A stretch of DNA of 64,000 nt from Candidatus Poribacteria bacterium (GTDB lineage Bacteria > Poribacteria > WGA-4E > WGA-3G), in NCBI GenBank assembly GCA_965205025.1, contig CBDBFU010000033.1, positions 1-64,000 of the forward strand, written 5' to 3'. Of this stretch, positions 20,350 through 30,470 are shown one piece after another; positions within the stretch are counted from its first letter, which is position 1, and each line of letters starts with the position of its first letter. The position numbers were made by a program, and so were the translations under genes. The notes beneath the pieces are model-generated. The model did not search any database. It saw only the letters and a program-made list of their open reading frames with translations, and was not told the DNA's origin.

Positions 20350-21494
20350 AAAACGACTATAAAATTCTCCTTTTAATGTTTATGTTGGGTGCAATAGGAT
20401 TCTTGTTTTATTCTATTTGGTATCAATGGAAGGGTCATCAAGAAACAGCATACGAGCGACTGGAACCACATCGACCTATTGCTGAATTCAATCATGAAAA
20501 TAAAGTAAGAACACTTGCCATTTCTCCAAAGGACACAAATATTATTGTATCGGCTGGTGAAGGAAACGAAATAAAGGTATGGCATAGAGACAATCCTGAA
20601 AAACCAATCAAAGTATTAACTAACCACCCAATACATGAGAATGATTCATCATTAGATATTAAATCAGTATTTTTTGATTCTACTGGTCAACTGTTAATTA
20701 GTAAGAGTTTTTGGATGGTAGCATTTTGGGATGTGTCTACTTGGGAAATGATTTCTTCATATAAGATTCCATCGAGCTTCGGAGCAGTATCTCCAAGTGA
20801 GAATTTGCTTGCAACCAGTTCAGCAAACATCGATATTTGGAATTTTAGTAAGCCAAGAGATTTAATGTTGATTTACACACTTAGGGACACCAGTGATGGT
20901 TTTCTATTTTTTGCAACTAAATTCTCATACGATGGAAGATGGGTTGCAAAAGGTGTCACAATACTTGACTCAAATTCGGAAAAGAAGAAAAAGAAAGTAA
21001 ATATATGGGATCTTAATACGAAAGAACTTCATAGAACTTTAGGAAGAGAAATTGCTTTGGACAGCACATCAAATTCTGATGAAAAACAGCCAGTTATGGT
21101 TGTTTCTAATCGTGGTATTAAGCATTTAAATCTTACAGTAGACAAAGACGATATTAGAACTATATCATTTTCTCCTGATAGTAGGTTTTTCGTAATAGGT
21201 AATAACTTTGGATTTACTATATGGTCATTACCAGATTGGCGTATATATCATCAAGTTGATAATGTCTATGTTATAAATCTTGCTTTTTCCCCAAATGGAA
21301 AAATATTTGCAATAGCATCACTAAGTGGAATTATGATATGGTCTATTGATGAAATGAAACCGATTGCTTTATGTAAAGGGAATAGAAGATTTGCTACATA
21401 TTACAAAATTGCGTTCTCACCAGATGGCAAATTACTCGTTGGTAGTGGAAATGACAATTTAATAACCCTTTGGGATATGGAGATTATAGAATGA
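20346..21494 (+). CDS. Membrane-anchored WD40 repeat protein A
   Basis: ATG 20346 overlapping upstream TGA; N-terminal TM; AFSPNGK, AFSPDGK...ITLWD. Confidence 0.88.
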   Translation: MKNDYKILLLMFMLGAIGFLFYSIWYQWKGHQETAYERLEPHRPIAEFNHENKVRTLAISPKDTNIIVSAGEGNEIKVWHRDNPEKPIKVLTNHPIHENDSSLDIKSVFFDSTGQLLISKSFWMVAFWDVSTWEMISSYKIPSSFGAVSPSENLLATSSANIDIWNFSKPRDLMLIYTLRDTSDGFLFFATKFSYDGRWVAKGVTILDSNSEKKKKKVNIWDLNTKELHRTLGREIALDSTSNSDEKQPVMVVSNRGIKHLNLTVDKDDIRTISFSPDSRFFVIGNNFGFTIWSLPDWRIYHQVDNVYVINLAFSPNGKIFAIASLSGIMIWSIDEMKPIALCKGNRRFATYYKIAFSPDGKLLVGSGNDNLITLWDMEIIE

Positions 21495-22675
21495 AGATCC
21501 AATATAAATTTCTACTGACTTTCTTCTTCTTGGTTGTAATAGGTTTCTTGTTTTATTCTACCTGGGTACAGTGGCAAGGCAATCAAGAAACAAAAATAGA
21601 ACGGATGAAACCAATAAATCCAACCAAAAGCATAAACCATGGATCGTGGATTCACGATCTTGCATTTTCACCAAATAATTCTGACTTACTTGTAACTGTA
21701 GGCCAATCCAATAAAATAAAAATTTGGAATATCAGCAACCAGGAAGCATCAATAGTTCGAGTTAGTAAACATCCAGTAAAAGAAGATGATTCTTATGTTT
21801 TTTTGAATATTGCAGTTTCACATTCAGGAAATTATCTAATAAGTCAGGATTTTTGGAAGACAGTATTATGGGATATACATACAGGAGAGATGATTAATTC
21901 CTTAGATAAAGGTGCAACTATTGGAACATTATCATCAACAAACGATTATTACGCAGCTGGCACACATTATACAAAGTTGTGGGATTTTAGTAATACAAAG
22001 AATATAAAGGAGATGTATATATTACCCTATAAGATGAATGGTAAGGCAGTTTCGCACTCCGAGATTGATCCTATAAAAAATGATTGGAACACAGCAATAA
22101 AATTTCGAAATGAAACAATTAACCAGAGATATGTGGCAATCGATTTCTCACATGACAATCGTTGGATTGGTGCTGCTATGGAAACACATAATAGGGATAC
22201 AGGAGAAAAAGAAAATATAGTCAAAATATGGAATCTCAAATCGAAGGAACTTCATAGAATACTTAGAATAGAAATTCCTGAGGGGATTGAATCAGATCGT
22301 CCAGGTATAGTAAAGTATAAAATCACATCTATAAGTTTTTCATCGGATAATCGTTTTTTTGCTGTTGGATCGGATTATGGATTAACCCTATACAGATTAT
22401 CGGATTGGACAATTTTTCATCAAGATCATGGTATAAATGTTAGAGATATAGAATTCTCAATAGATGGAGGAATTTTTGCAGTAGCTGAATTGAAGAAGAT
22501 TACATTATGGTCAATCGAAACATTAACACCCATTGCTATATTAAGCGGAAAAGGTGCACTGAGTAATTCAGTAGTTGTTAAAATCTCTCCAGATGGTAAG
22601 TATATTGTTGGTGGGGGTATGGATGGAATTGTACGATTATGGGATTTTGAAAAAATAAATAAGAAGGTAAAATGA
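21491..22675 (+). CDS. Membrane-anchored WD40 repeat protein B
   Basis: ATGA overlap with A; paralogous IGFLFYSxWxQWxGxQET, KELHRxL; GIVRLWD. Confidence 0.88.
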   Translation: MKIQYKFLLTFFFLVVIGFLFYSTWVQWQGNQETKIERMKPINPTKSINHGSWIHDLAFSPNNSDLLVTVGQSNKIKIWNISNQEASIVRVSKHPVKEDDSYVFLNIAVSHSGNYLISQDFWKTVLWDIHTGEMINSLDKGATIGTLSSTNDYYAAGTHYTKLWDFSNTKNIKEMYILPYKMNGKAVSHSEIDPIKNDWNTAIKFRNETINQRYVAIDFSHDNRWIGAAMETHNRDTGEKENIVKIWNLKSKELHRILRIEIPEGIESDRPGIVKYKITSISFSSDNRFFAVGSDYGLTLYRLSDWTIFHQDHGINVRDIEFSIDGGIFAVAELKKITLWSIETLTPIAILSGKGALSNSVVVKISPDGKYIVGGGMDGIVRLWDFEKINKKVK

Positions 22676-22717
22676 TGTTTAGAATAACTACTCTAATCTT
22701 CATGTTAAGGAGTCAAA

Positions 22718-23230
22718 ATGTCGGAGAGAATTGCGATTTTTCCTGCAAGTTTTGATCCTGTCACCAACGGTCACGCGGATGTCATTGAACGTGTGTGTAA
22801 ACTTGGTGTATTTGATCAACTTGTGGTAGTCATCGGAGTAAATCCAGCAAAAGATACGAGATTTACAATTGAAGAACGTATTGAGATGCTTGAAGAAGTA
22901 ATTGCTCCATATCCAGAAGCAACGATTGATGGATTCTCAGGTTTAATAGTTCACTATGCACAGATGGTTGGAGCATGTTCCATTATTCGTGGACTTCGTG
23001 AAATTTCAGATTTTGAATGGGAATTTAAGATGGCTCGAATGAACCAGCAAATTGCTCCTGAAATTGATACTCTCTTTATGGTAGCAAATCAGAAATATGC
23101 TCATATCAGCTCAACGTTGGTAATGGAAGTGGTTGAAATGGGTCAAGGTAAATTGAGTGAAGAAAAACTATTAGAAATGGTGCCACCGGGTGTAGTGGAG
23201 TTTTTTAAACGTAAATATAATATCGAGTGA
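22718..23230 (+). CDS. coaD: Pantetheine-phosphate adenylyltransferase
   Basis: FPASFDPVTNGH, IIRGLR, ISSTLV. Confidence 0.93.
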   Translation: MSERIAIFPASFDPVTNGHADVIERVCKLGVFDQLVVVIGVNPAKDTRFTIEERIEMLEEVIAPYPEATIDGFSGLIVHYAQMVGACSIIRGLREISDFEWEFKMARMNQQIAPEIDTLFMVANQKYAHISSTLVMEVVEMGQGKLSEEKLLEMVPPGVVEFFKRKYNIE

Positions 23231-23249
23231 TGGCATTACATATTATTAT

Positions 23250-23335
23250 AACGTGAATTTGATAAAAGTCCATTGTAGCGTAAACTTACAAGTTTGCGTA
23301 TATAACCCACAAACTGGAAAGTTTGTGGTACAAGA
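23250..23335. mobile_element. Degenerate MITE (AACGTGA end) with an inverted pair of GTAG-type REP hairpins
   Basis: AACGTGAATTTGATAA, GTAGCGTAAACTTACAAGTTTGCG, CCACAAACTGGAAAGTTTGTGGTAC; right end not clear. Confidence 0.6.
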
Positions 23336-23410
23336 ACAGTAATGAGTGCCTTTCAAGAAATGATATGTCAAAAGAAGATATCGCGTATTGGAATCCCTTA
23401 CTCAACGTAT

Positions 23411-25732
23411 TTAGAATCTATTATCCAGACTGATACTAATATTGAATCCTGGGGCATTTACACCTGAACCGTGTGGACGATAGCGTTTATCGAGTATGTT
23501 TTCAATTGCAACAGTTAACTGTGTATAATCATATAGTTTCATACCGCCACGTAGGTTAAGAGTCCACCATCCGGGTGTCCCTGCATCGATTGCATATCCA
23601 TTTGCGTCAAACTGTACTCCTTCTGGATCACGCGTTTTACCTTGAATACGAGGATCGCGTATATCACTTCGATTTAGTCGTCTTTGTTCAGCTGCAGCTT
23701 TAACAAAGATAGTTCCCCAATATAGAGAGTTCTGTGGTTCCCATTGGATACCGATAATTCCATTCAACGGTGGTTCTCTTCGTGTTCGTGCCTCCCATGG
23801 TTTATCAGGATCAGGTGATACTCCATTTATTAACAACACTTTACCTCTTAAGACTGCTGCATTTCCATAGATAGACAAGGATGAGGATAGAGGGGTTAAA
23901 CCAGCCAATTCAATCCCTTGTAATTGTGCTTCATCTACATTATCGAAAACGAGAACATCAATTCCTTCATATTCGTTTATTAGGTCTTGATGTAGCTGCG
24001 GTATCTGACCAGCAGGATATACTTCTTGAACAGGACGACGCGTAACTAAACCGTCGATTTTACTGTGGAATAAAGTAATTGCCCCTCGGAAGTAAGGATT
24101 TTTTACCTTCATACCTCCTTCTATGGTCCAAGATGTTTCAGCATCAAGATCAGGACTTGGTGCAGTTACACCGTCATTTGTCACCTCTACAGCTGTCGTG
24201 TCATTCAAGGATGGAGCACGAAAAGCAGTACCAAAAGATCCCACGAGATTGAGCGTATCTGTCAAACCAACAACAATTCCTGCACTTCCTGTTAAGCTAC
24301 TATCGAATTTATTGAATTCATCAAAACTACTATCTCTAATAGATAAGTCTGCATTTGTTTGATATAGTGTCGTTCTACCTCCAAGAGTGAGTTCAATCCT
24401 TTCATGCAACTTTATTTCATCTTGTAGATATATACTGGCATCCCAAAACTGTGATCCATCTATGAATCTACCGATATCGTCATTGATTTCCTCTTTACCA
24501 GTATTTAGATCTGTATTTATTGTCTGACTTTGTAGCGTATCAAAATAAAATTCAGCACCTCCAACGATGCGTTGATGTGGCAATATGGAACTAATAGATT
24601 GAACACTTAGACCAATCGTATTTACTGTATCATATCTTTGTCTTCGGGAGGTTGCATCAAGTTTTACTTCGTTACGTCCTTCCTTTTGACGATGGAATGA
24701 TGTAGTCAAACGGAATAAGTCAATAGTATTAGTAGATGGATTCAATATATAATTGATATAAAATAGATCTCTATTCTGCGGTTCAAAAAAGAATTCGTCA
24801 AATTCTTGGGGAGCAATTTTGTCATATCTTGGTGTTTGTGGTTGTCTCCACATTTGGTAAGCAACATTAATCCTGCTTGTATTATTGAGTTGATATGCAA
24901 CTTTTGCGTTTGCATCATAAGCATTCCAACTCAGTGGTCCCTCAGTGTCAATTAGCCATTGATCTGGAATATTATCTTTAGACAACTGATTGATTTCATC
25001 ATACTCATATAGTTTCACACCGTCCGGCATTTCACTAACTATTTCATACTTTCGGTTTTTGTAATGTTGGTCATAACCATTTCCTGCGTTAAGGTCACCG
25101 TAGAATCGTAAACCGCCACCAACGTTGAATCCAAATTTACCTTGGGTTCCTGTTACTTCAAACCTACCCAGTCGTTCTTGTGTGGCAGTTGTATATCGAG
25201 CCAAAAGCCGTGGTTGTAAATCTAAAGTTGTTTGAGAAGGATTAAGTGGTATTGGTTTCGTAAAGAAACTAACAACTCCACCCAACGCTCCACTCCCGTA
25301 TAACATTGAACTGGAACCGAGTAATACTTCTGCTCGATCGAGGATTTCAGGTGAGATTGTTGCAGTATATTGATTTGGTCCTGACCTAAAAGTTGAGTTA
25401 TTGAGTCGTACCCAATCTACTTGAATCAAAGTATGATAACCTGTTAAACTTCTCAACATAGGTGAACCTTGTCCAACAGTTGTTTGTTGGGCAATTACAC
25501 CGACAGTATCTCGTAGTAGATTTGATGCTATATCAGCATTAGTCTGTTCCAATTGTCTTACATTAAGAACACTGACAGCGTTAGGTGTTCTGAATGGTTC
25601 TTTCTCAACTCGTGTAGCAGTAACTGATACCTCTTCTAATTCCACAACTTCATTATCCTCATGGGTATCTGAACGTATGCTTAAGACAAGACCAAAACAA
25701 AATACTAAAATGAGATATAGCAATTTATTCAT
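23411..25732 (-). CDS. TonB-dependent outer-membrane receptor
   Basis: Signal peptide, EEVSVTATR, plug SSMLYGSGALGGVV, ENILDKRY, terminal Phe. Confidence 0.93.
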   Translation of the reverse strand: MNKLLYLILVFCFGLVLSIRSDTHEDNEVVELEEVSVTATRVEKEPFRTPNAVSVLNVRQLEQTNADIASNLLRDTVGVIAQQTTVGQGSPMLRSLTGYHTLIQVDWVRLNNSTFRSGPNQYTATISPEILDRAEVLLGSSSMLYGSGALGGVVSFFTKPIPLNPSQTTLDLQPRLLARYTTATQERLGRFEVTGTQGKFGFNVGGGLRFYGDLNAGNGYDQHYKNRKYEIVSEMPDGVKLYEYDEINQLSKDNIPDQWLIDTEGPLSWNAYDANAKVAYQLNNTSRINVAYQMWRQPQTPRYDKIAPQEFDEFFFEPQNRDLFYINYILNPSTNTIDLFRLTTSFHRQKEGRNEVKLDATSRRQRYDTVNTIGLSVQSISSILPHQRIVGGAEFYFDTLQSQTINTDLNTGKEEINDDIGRFIDGSQFWDASIYLQDEIKLHERIELTLGGRTTLYQTNADLSIRDSSFDEFNKFDSSLTGSAGIVVGLTDTLNLVGSFGTAFRAPSLNDTTAVEVTNDGVTAPSPDLDAETSWTIEGGMKVKNPYFRGAITLFHSKIDGLVTRRPVQEVYPAGQIPQLHQDLINEYEGIDVLVFDNVDEAQLQGIELAGLTPLSSSLSIYGNAAVLRGKVLLINGVSPDPDKPWEARTRREPPLNGIIGIQWEPQNSLYWGTIFVKAAAEQRRLNRSDIRDPRIQGKTRDPEGVQFDANGYAIDAGTPGWWTLNLRGGMKLYDYTQLTVAIENILDKRYRPHGSGVNAPGFNISISLDNRF

Positions 25733-25805
25733 CTAATTTTCCTCCATAATTGACCTTACCAAATGATTTACCATCTATATTATAGTAAACAGATATGATA
25801 ACTAA

Positions 25806-25821
25806 AGCAAGTTTTATGCCA
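25806..25821 (-). promoter_or_regulatory. Sigma-54 -24/-12 promoter candidate for the TonB receptor
   Basis: Minus strand TGGCATAAAACTTGCT (GG-N10-GC), ~75 nt upstream of the start. Confidence 0.55.
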
Positions 25822-26034
25822 TAATTAATCGAACCTTAACTAATGGATTTTTCAGAAAATATAATTAGAGATACTTCTTTATATAATAGTGTTCTGTGTG
25901 GTGCTATGAAGGATGATAGCATACACAACTGTGAATCAGTGTATGGTATTCACAAGAGTTTCGTCATATAATGTGAGTCTATTCAGTGTATAAATGTGGT
26001 TAATAATTGGAATCATGTGATTTTCTATCATTTT

Positions 26035-26155
26035 AACGTGAGTTTGATAAATCATATATTTTGTTCGGTGCGGTTAGGAAACCGCACCTACCGTATCTAT
26101 TGGAGTGATATTTTTGGATTAATGAAACTTATTTGCCTATTCTCAAACTCACGTT
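26035..26155. mobile_element. MITE (AACGTGAGTTTGA ends) carrying REP hairpin B
   Basis: AACGTGAGTTTGATAA...TTCTCAAACTCACGTT; cargo GGTGCGGTTAGGAAACCGCACCTAC; 8-bp flanking duplication ATCATTTT. Confidence 0.85.
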
Positions 26156-26308
26156 ATCATTTTACATACAATGCAATCAATTGTTCATTTTCTGGACAGT
26201 TATTATGATAATTAGTCATCAATCTTCAATATATACCAAAGTAAATATCTTGCATTTTACAATAGGTCGTGGTAAGTTAAAGTAAATAGTAATTGTAAAG
26301 GAATACTT

Positions 26309-27310
26309 ATGTCAAAACAGGCAATAAAGTTTGGGTTTATCGGGTGTGGGGGTAATGCGCGAGGACATGGTCGGAGTGTGGCAGGTGTTGAAAATGTGGA
26401 AATAGTTGCTCTTGCAGATCCAAGTGAAAGCTCACTTAACAACTTTAAGGAAACTGTAGGATTAGATGATTCTGTTGATACATATTCGGATCATGATGAA
26501 ATGTTAGCAGCAGTGAAACCGGATGCTGTTGTCATTAGTTCACCTCATGGACTCCATTTTGATCACATAATGTCTGCACTTGATGCTGGATGTCATGTCC
26601 ATACAGAGAAACCGATGGTGTGTACAGTTGATCATGCCAAACAGGTTATGGCTAAGGTAGAAGAGACTGGATTACATTTGATGATTGGTTACCAACGTCA
26701 TTTGAGTCCAACCTACCAATACTGTCGCAATGTTGTACTGAGTGGTGAACTGGGTAAGGTAAACTTTGTTGCTGCTCATCAATCTCAAAATTGGTACAGA
26801 AATCAACAAGGAAAATGGCGGCAAGATCCATTCTTGGGTGGCGGCGGACAATTAAATGATTCAGGGAGTCATCTGATAGATATACTATTGTGGGTGTTAG
26901 AAACCAGTCCAGATACTGTGTTTGCAATGATTGATAATTTAGATATTGAGGTGGATGTCCTTACCGCAATGACGATAAAATTCGATACTGGTGCATTGTG
27001 TAATATTAGTATTGTTGGACATGCGCATGGTGGCGTAAGTGAGGATTTCTCTATTTGGTTTGAGGATGGGGCACTCTTTGTCCGTGGAGGACAACTCATT
27101 CGTCAAGAGGGAGGAAATTCCCCTACTCCTGTTGAAGGTGATGATTTACCTAAAGGTGGAAATAAAGATGTAGCATTCATTGAATTGATTCGGGGTGAAC
27201 GTAAAGAGAATCCAATTGGTGTTGAAAACGGTCTTCGTGTGATACAATTAACTGAAGCTGCTTGGCAATCTGCTGACCTTGGAAGACCGGTAAAAGTTGA
27301 TCTGAGCTGA
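26309..27310 (+). CDS. Gfo/Idh/MocA oxidoreductase
   Basis: GCGGNA, EKPM, GGGQLNDSGSH. Confidence 0.9.
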   Translation: MSKQAIKFGFIGCGGNARGHGRSVAGVENVEIVALADPSESSLNNFKETVGLDDSVDTYSDHDEMLAAVKPDAVVISSPHGLHFDHIMSALDAGCHVHTEKPMVCTVDHAKQVMAKVEETGLHLMIGYQRHLSPTYQYCRNVVLSGELGKVNFVAAHQSQNWYRNQQGKWRQDPFLGGGGQLNDSGSHLIDILLWVLETSPDTVFAMIDNLDIEVDVLTAMTIKFDTGALCNISIVGHAHGGVSEDFSIWFEDGALFVRGGQLIRQEGGNSPTPVEGDDLPKGGNKDVAFIELIRGERKENPIGVENGLRVIQLTEAAWQSADLGRPVKVDLS

Positions 27311-28099
27311 TTGTTGGAGACGCAATTGCTTGAAGTCCTAAATCTAAGTATCTCTATCCATAAGTGTCCTCTACTAACTGATCTTTCATTTCAAGTATCC
27401 ACAGGAGAAACCTGTATCATCCTTGGAAAAAATGGAGCAGGAAAAACTCTCTTACTCAGTCTGTTAGCTACTTTAGTTAAACCTTCATCAGGAACTATAT
27501 CTGTGGATGGTTCAAATGCCTTCACTAACTTAGACGAAGTTCGTCCACAGATTGGATATTTAACATCAGATTTCGAAGGTTATAGAGATTTATCTGTAAT
27601 TGACTATCTTAATTTCTTTGCAAAAGCATACAAATTAGATAAAGCAGAACGAAATGGTGCTATAGATGCTGTAATTGAATTAATGGATATACAAGACCTA
27701 CGAGATACTTTGATTGGTAGACTTTCGAGAGGTGAACGACAACGTCTTCTCTATGCCAAGACATTCTTACATGATCCTGCATTATGGTTGCTTGATGATC
27801 CTTTAACACCATTAGACCCGCGAGGAAAATTGGAAGTAGTAGAATTGTTGAATGAGTTAAAATCAATTGGTAAAACACTGATTGTAACCACTAATCAGAT
27901 AGACGATATATATAGATTTTGTGATTTGAATGATGAAAGTTCTTCAAAAACAACTCTCCTTGGGATTCTTCATGATCGACAATTAGCTACATTTAATTCC
28001 CTACAACATATTCAAGAACAGTTTAAGAAGCAGAACAATAATGATACATTAAACCCAAATTGGTTATATGAATTTTATTTGGAGGTTACACGAGAATAA
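27311..28099 (+). CDS. ABC transporter ATP-binding protein
   Basis: GKNGAGKT, LSRGERQR, LLDDP. Confidence 0.85.
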   Translation: MLETQLLEVLNLSISIHKCPLLTDLSFQVSTGETCIILGKNGAGKTLLLSLLATLVKPSSGTISVDGSNAFTNLDEVRPQIGYLTSDFEGYRDLSVIDYLNFFAKAYKLDKAERNGAIDAVIELMDIQDLRDTLIGRLSRGERQRLLYAKTFLHDPALWLLDDPLTPLDPRGKLEVVELLNELKSIGKTLIVTTNQIDDIYRFCDLNDESSSKTTLLGILHDRQLATFNSLQHIQEQFKKQNNNDTLNPNWLYEFYLEVTRE

Positions 28100-28872
28100 T
28101 GTCAGAAATTGGTAAATTCTTTGATGAGAATGGATATTATTTCGCTAAAGGTGTTTATTCACCCGATGAAATCAAGACGATGGAGCATGATTTTGATCGG
28201 GTAGTAGATCAATTACTAAAAAGTGATGAAAATGTTAATGCACGCTGGGGTGGACGTTTGATGGATGCCCTTGATGGTGGTGAATCTGTAATTATTCATA
28301 CACATAATATCCAGAGTTTCTCTGGGGTTTGGATGAAAGCATTTCAACAAGATAACTTCTTGGATGTTACCGAAGCTATTCTTGGACCGGATATCATGTT
28401 ACATCACTCCAAGTTATTCTGTAAGCCACCAGAAAAGGGATCTCCTTTCCCAATGCACCAGGATTGGCAATACTTCCCTTCAGTAAAGGATAGTATGATT
28501 GCAGCCATAATATATGTATCTGAAGCGACAGATGAGATGGGTTGTGTCCGTGTTTACCCCGGTTCACATAAGGAGCTTGGTAGAACTGGTGGTATGATGG
28601 GCCGTGGTGATAATGAAGAGATCACAGAAAAATACCCTATTGAGAAAGCAACGGTGCTGGAGGCAGAACCCGGTGATGTATTGTTCTTTAGCTACTTTAC
28701 TTTGCATGGGTCGATGCCGAATCGTTCAGACAAGACGCGAAAAAGTGTTCTTGTCCAGATGTTGTCTGGAGATGACCACATTGTGGAAGATAATAGACAT
28801 ACTAATGTCAAATTAGTATTACGTGGTTGGAATCATTTTGCTACACGGTCTTCGGTAGGAAGTATTGGTTAA
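28099..28872 (+). CDS. Phytanoyl-CoA dioxygenase (PhyH) family protein
   Basis: HQD, GCVRVYPGSH, PGDVLFFSYFTLHGSMPN. Confidence 0.9.
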   Translation: MSEIGKFFDENGYYFAKGVYSPDEIKTMEHDFDRVVDQLLKSDENVNARWGGRLMDALDGGESVIIHTHNIQSFSGVWMKAFQQDNFLDVTEAILGPDIMLHHSKLFCKPPEKGSPFPMHQDWQYFPSVKDSMIAAIIYVSEATDEMGCVRVYPGSHKELGRTGGMMGRGDNEEITEKYPIEKATVLEAEPGDVLFFSYFTLHGSMPNRSDKTRKSVLVQMLSGDDHIVEDNRHTNVKLVLRGWNHFATRSSVGSIG

Positions 28873-28910
28873 ATATGCATTTACGATATCGCATTCCAAG
28901 GGGTTTGTAG

Positions 28911-29222
28911 ATGGAAGATCAAACAATACTCAACAAGGAACTAATTAAACAGAGTCTGGTGGACAATCGAGAAACCTTGCGAAAATACGGTGTCAAGCGG
29001 ATCGGCTTATTCGGATCTTACGTAAGAGGGACAGCGACTGCCGGAAGCGACATTGATATCATCGTTGAGATGGAAAGATTGACCCTTCGTGACTATATGG
29101 GGTTAGCTTTTTTTCTTGAAGATCTGTTTAGGAAGGATGTTGACTTAGTTACTGCTACCTCTATCAAACAGCGACTAAAGCCTTATATAGAAAAAGAGAT
29201 AGAATATGTCACGGATCTATAG
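28911..29222 (+). CDS. Minimal nucleotidyltransferase (MNT/MntA-type antitoxin)
   Basis: GLFGSYVRG...SDIDIIVE, LEDLFRKDVDLVT. Confidence 0.9.
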   Translation: MEDQTILNKELIKQSLVDNRETLRKYGVKRIGLFGSYVRGTATAGSDIDIIVEMERLTLRDYMGLAFFLEDLFRKDVDLVTATSIKQRLKPYIEKEIEYVTDL

Positions 29223-29440
29223 TTTATATTTCATTGAACTTACGATGTTGAAGACCCAAATTCAACAAATCCTTAAGGAACGTGAGTTTGATAAGACACA
29301 CTGTAACCCAATCTTTTAGTTAACACCAGAGTGCACAAACTGGAAAGTTTGTGCTACAAAGACTATCTTCAGGACAAAATTCTGTTTATCGAGATGACAT
29401 TTTTTATTATCAAACTGACGTTAAGGAGATAGGTGAGTGA
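29206..29440 (+). pseudogene. Internally deleted HepT/DUF86 toxin remnant, interrupted by a MITE
   Basis: ATG 29206 overlaps MNT end; MSRIYSLYF joined to ELTMLKTQIQQILK; removing the MITE gives ...QILKEIGE*. Confidence 0.6.
29279..29422. mobile_element. ~144-bp MITE carrying REP hairpin A, copy 1
   Basis: AACGTGAGTTTGATAA...TTATCAAACTGACGTT; near-identical to 52033..52176; 4-bp flanking duplication AAGG. Confidence 0.9.
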
Positions 29441-29468
29441 TACTATTAAAGTTAAAAAGGAGAATTAA

Positions 29469-30464
29469 ATGATTAGAGTTGCAAAAATTAGTATGGCACA
29501 TGTTCACGCAGGTGGATATGCGCGTCAATTAGCTGAGAACCCAGAAACAGAACTTGTTGCTATATGGGATGAGGAGGAATATGGTGGAAAGGAAGCAGCC
29601 GAACAGTATGAAGTTCCTTTCTATACCGACCTTGATGAAATATTAAGTCGAGATGATGTTGATGCTGTTGCAGTTGATGCTGTTACATCGGATCATCCTC
29701 GGGTTATGGTGGCTGCTGCGGAAGCAGGTAAACATATCTTCACTGAAAAAGCACTTGCCATTACTGTTGCGGAATGTGATCCGATTATAGAAGCAGTTGA
29801 AAAAGCTGGTGTGAAGTTTATGATTTCACTTCCTTCAAGAGCGAATTCTGAAATACTCTTTGCCAAAAAAGCAATAGATGATGGATTACTGGGTGATATT
29901 ACCTTTGGTCGTGGTCGCATTGCACATTCAGCTGCACTGGATAGTTGGTTTGGTGGATCAAGTGCATGGTTTGCTGATCCTGTACGTGCTGGAGGGGGTG
30001 CATTGTTTGACTTAGGGTGTCATCGCGTTGATGTAATCCGATGGTTAATGGGTGAACCTAAAAGCGCAATTGCCAAAATCAATAACTTCACAGGCAATTT
30101 CCCAATTGATGACAACAGTGTTTCGGTAGTGGAATTTGCTAATAAAGCCTTAGGTGTAATTGATGTTGCATGGACACATCGTTCTGGTCCGAATATGCTT
30201 GAGATATACGGAACAGAAGGATCTTATGCTGCTGGACATGGAGAAATGCATTTCGATACACGAAAATTATCTGATGAGGAAAAAGTTGAGTATATTGCTA
30301 ATGCTCCTGAAGCACCCCCTTCTCCGATGCAGCAGTGGATTAATGCAATTCTTCGTGATGAACCGATGACGATTACGATACAAGATGGACGTAACCTGAC
30401 AGAATTAATGCAGGCGTTTTATATGTCATCTGAAAATGGTCAATCTATTGATCTGCCTTTATAA
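29469..30464 (+). CDS. Gfo/Idh/MocA oxidoreductase
   Basis: GKHIFTEKAL, GGGALFDLGCH, LEIYGTEG. Confidence 0.9.
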   Translation: MIRVAKISMAHVHAGGYARQLAENPETELVAIWDEEEYGGKEAAEQYEVPFYTDLDEILSRDDVDAVAVDAVTSDHPRVMVAAAEAGKHIFTEKALAITVAECDPIIEAVEKAGVKFMISLPSRANSEILFAKKAIDDGLLGDITFGRGRIAHSAALDSWFGGSSAWFADPVRAGGGALFDLGCHRVDVIRWLMGEPKSAIAKINNFTGNFPIDDNSVSVVEFANKALGVIDVAWTHRSGPNMLEIYGTEGSYAAGHGEMHFDTRKLSDEEKVEYIANAPEAPPSPMQQWINAILRDEPMTITIQDGRNLTELMQAFYMSSENGQSIDLPL

Positions 30465-30470
30465 TTATGT

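Noticed and set aside
27311-28099. Novel permease-less ABC ATPase with altered Walker B and H-loop
   Set aside because: Orphan ABC ATPases are common and the partner may lie elsewhere
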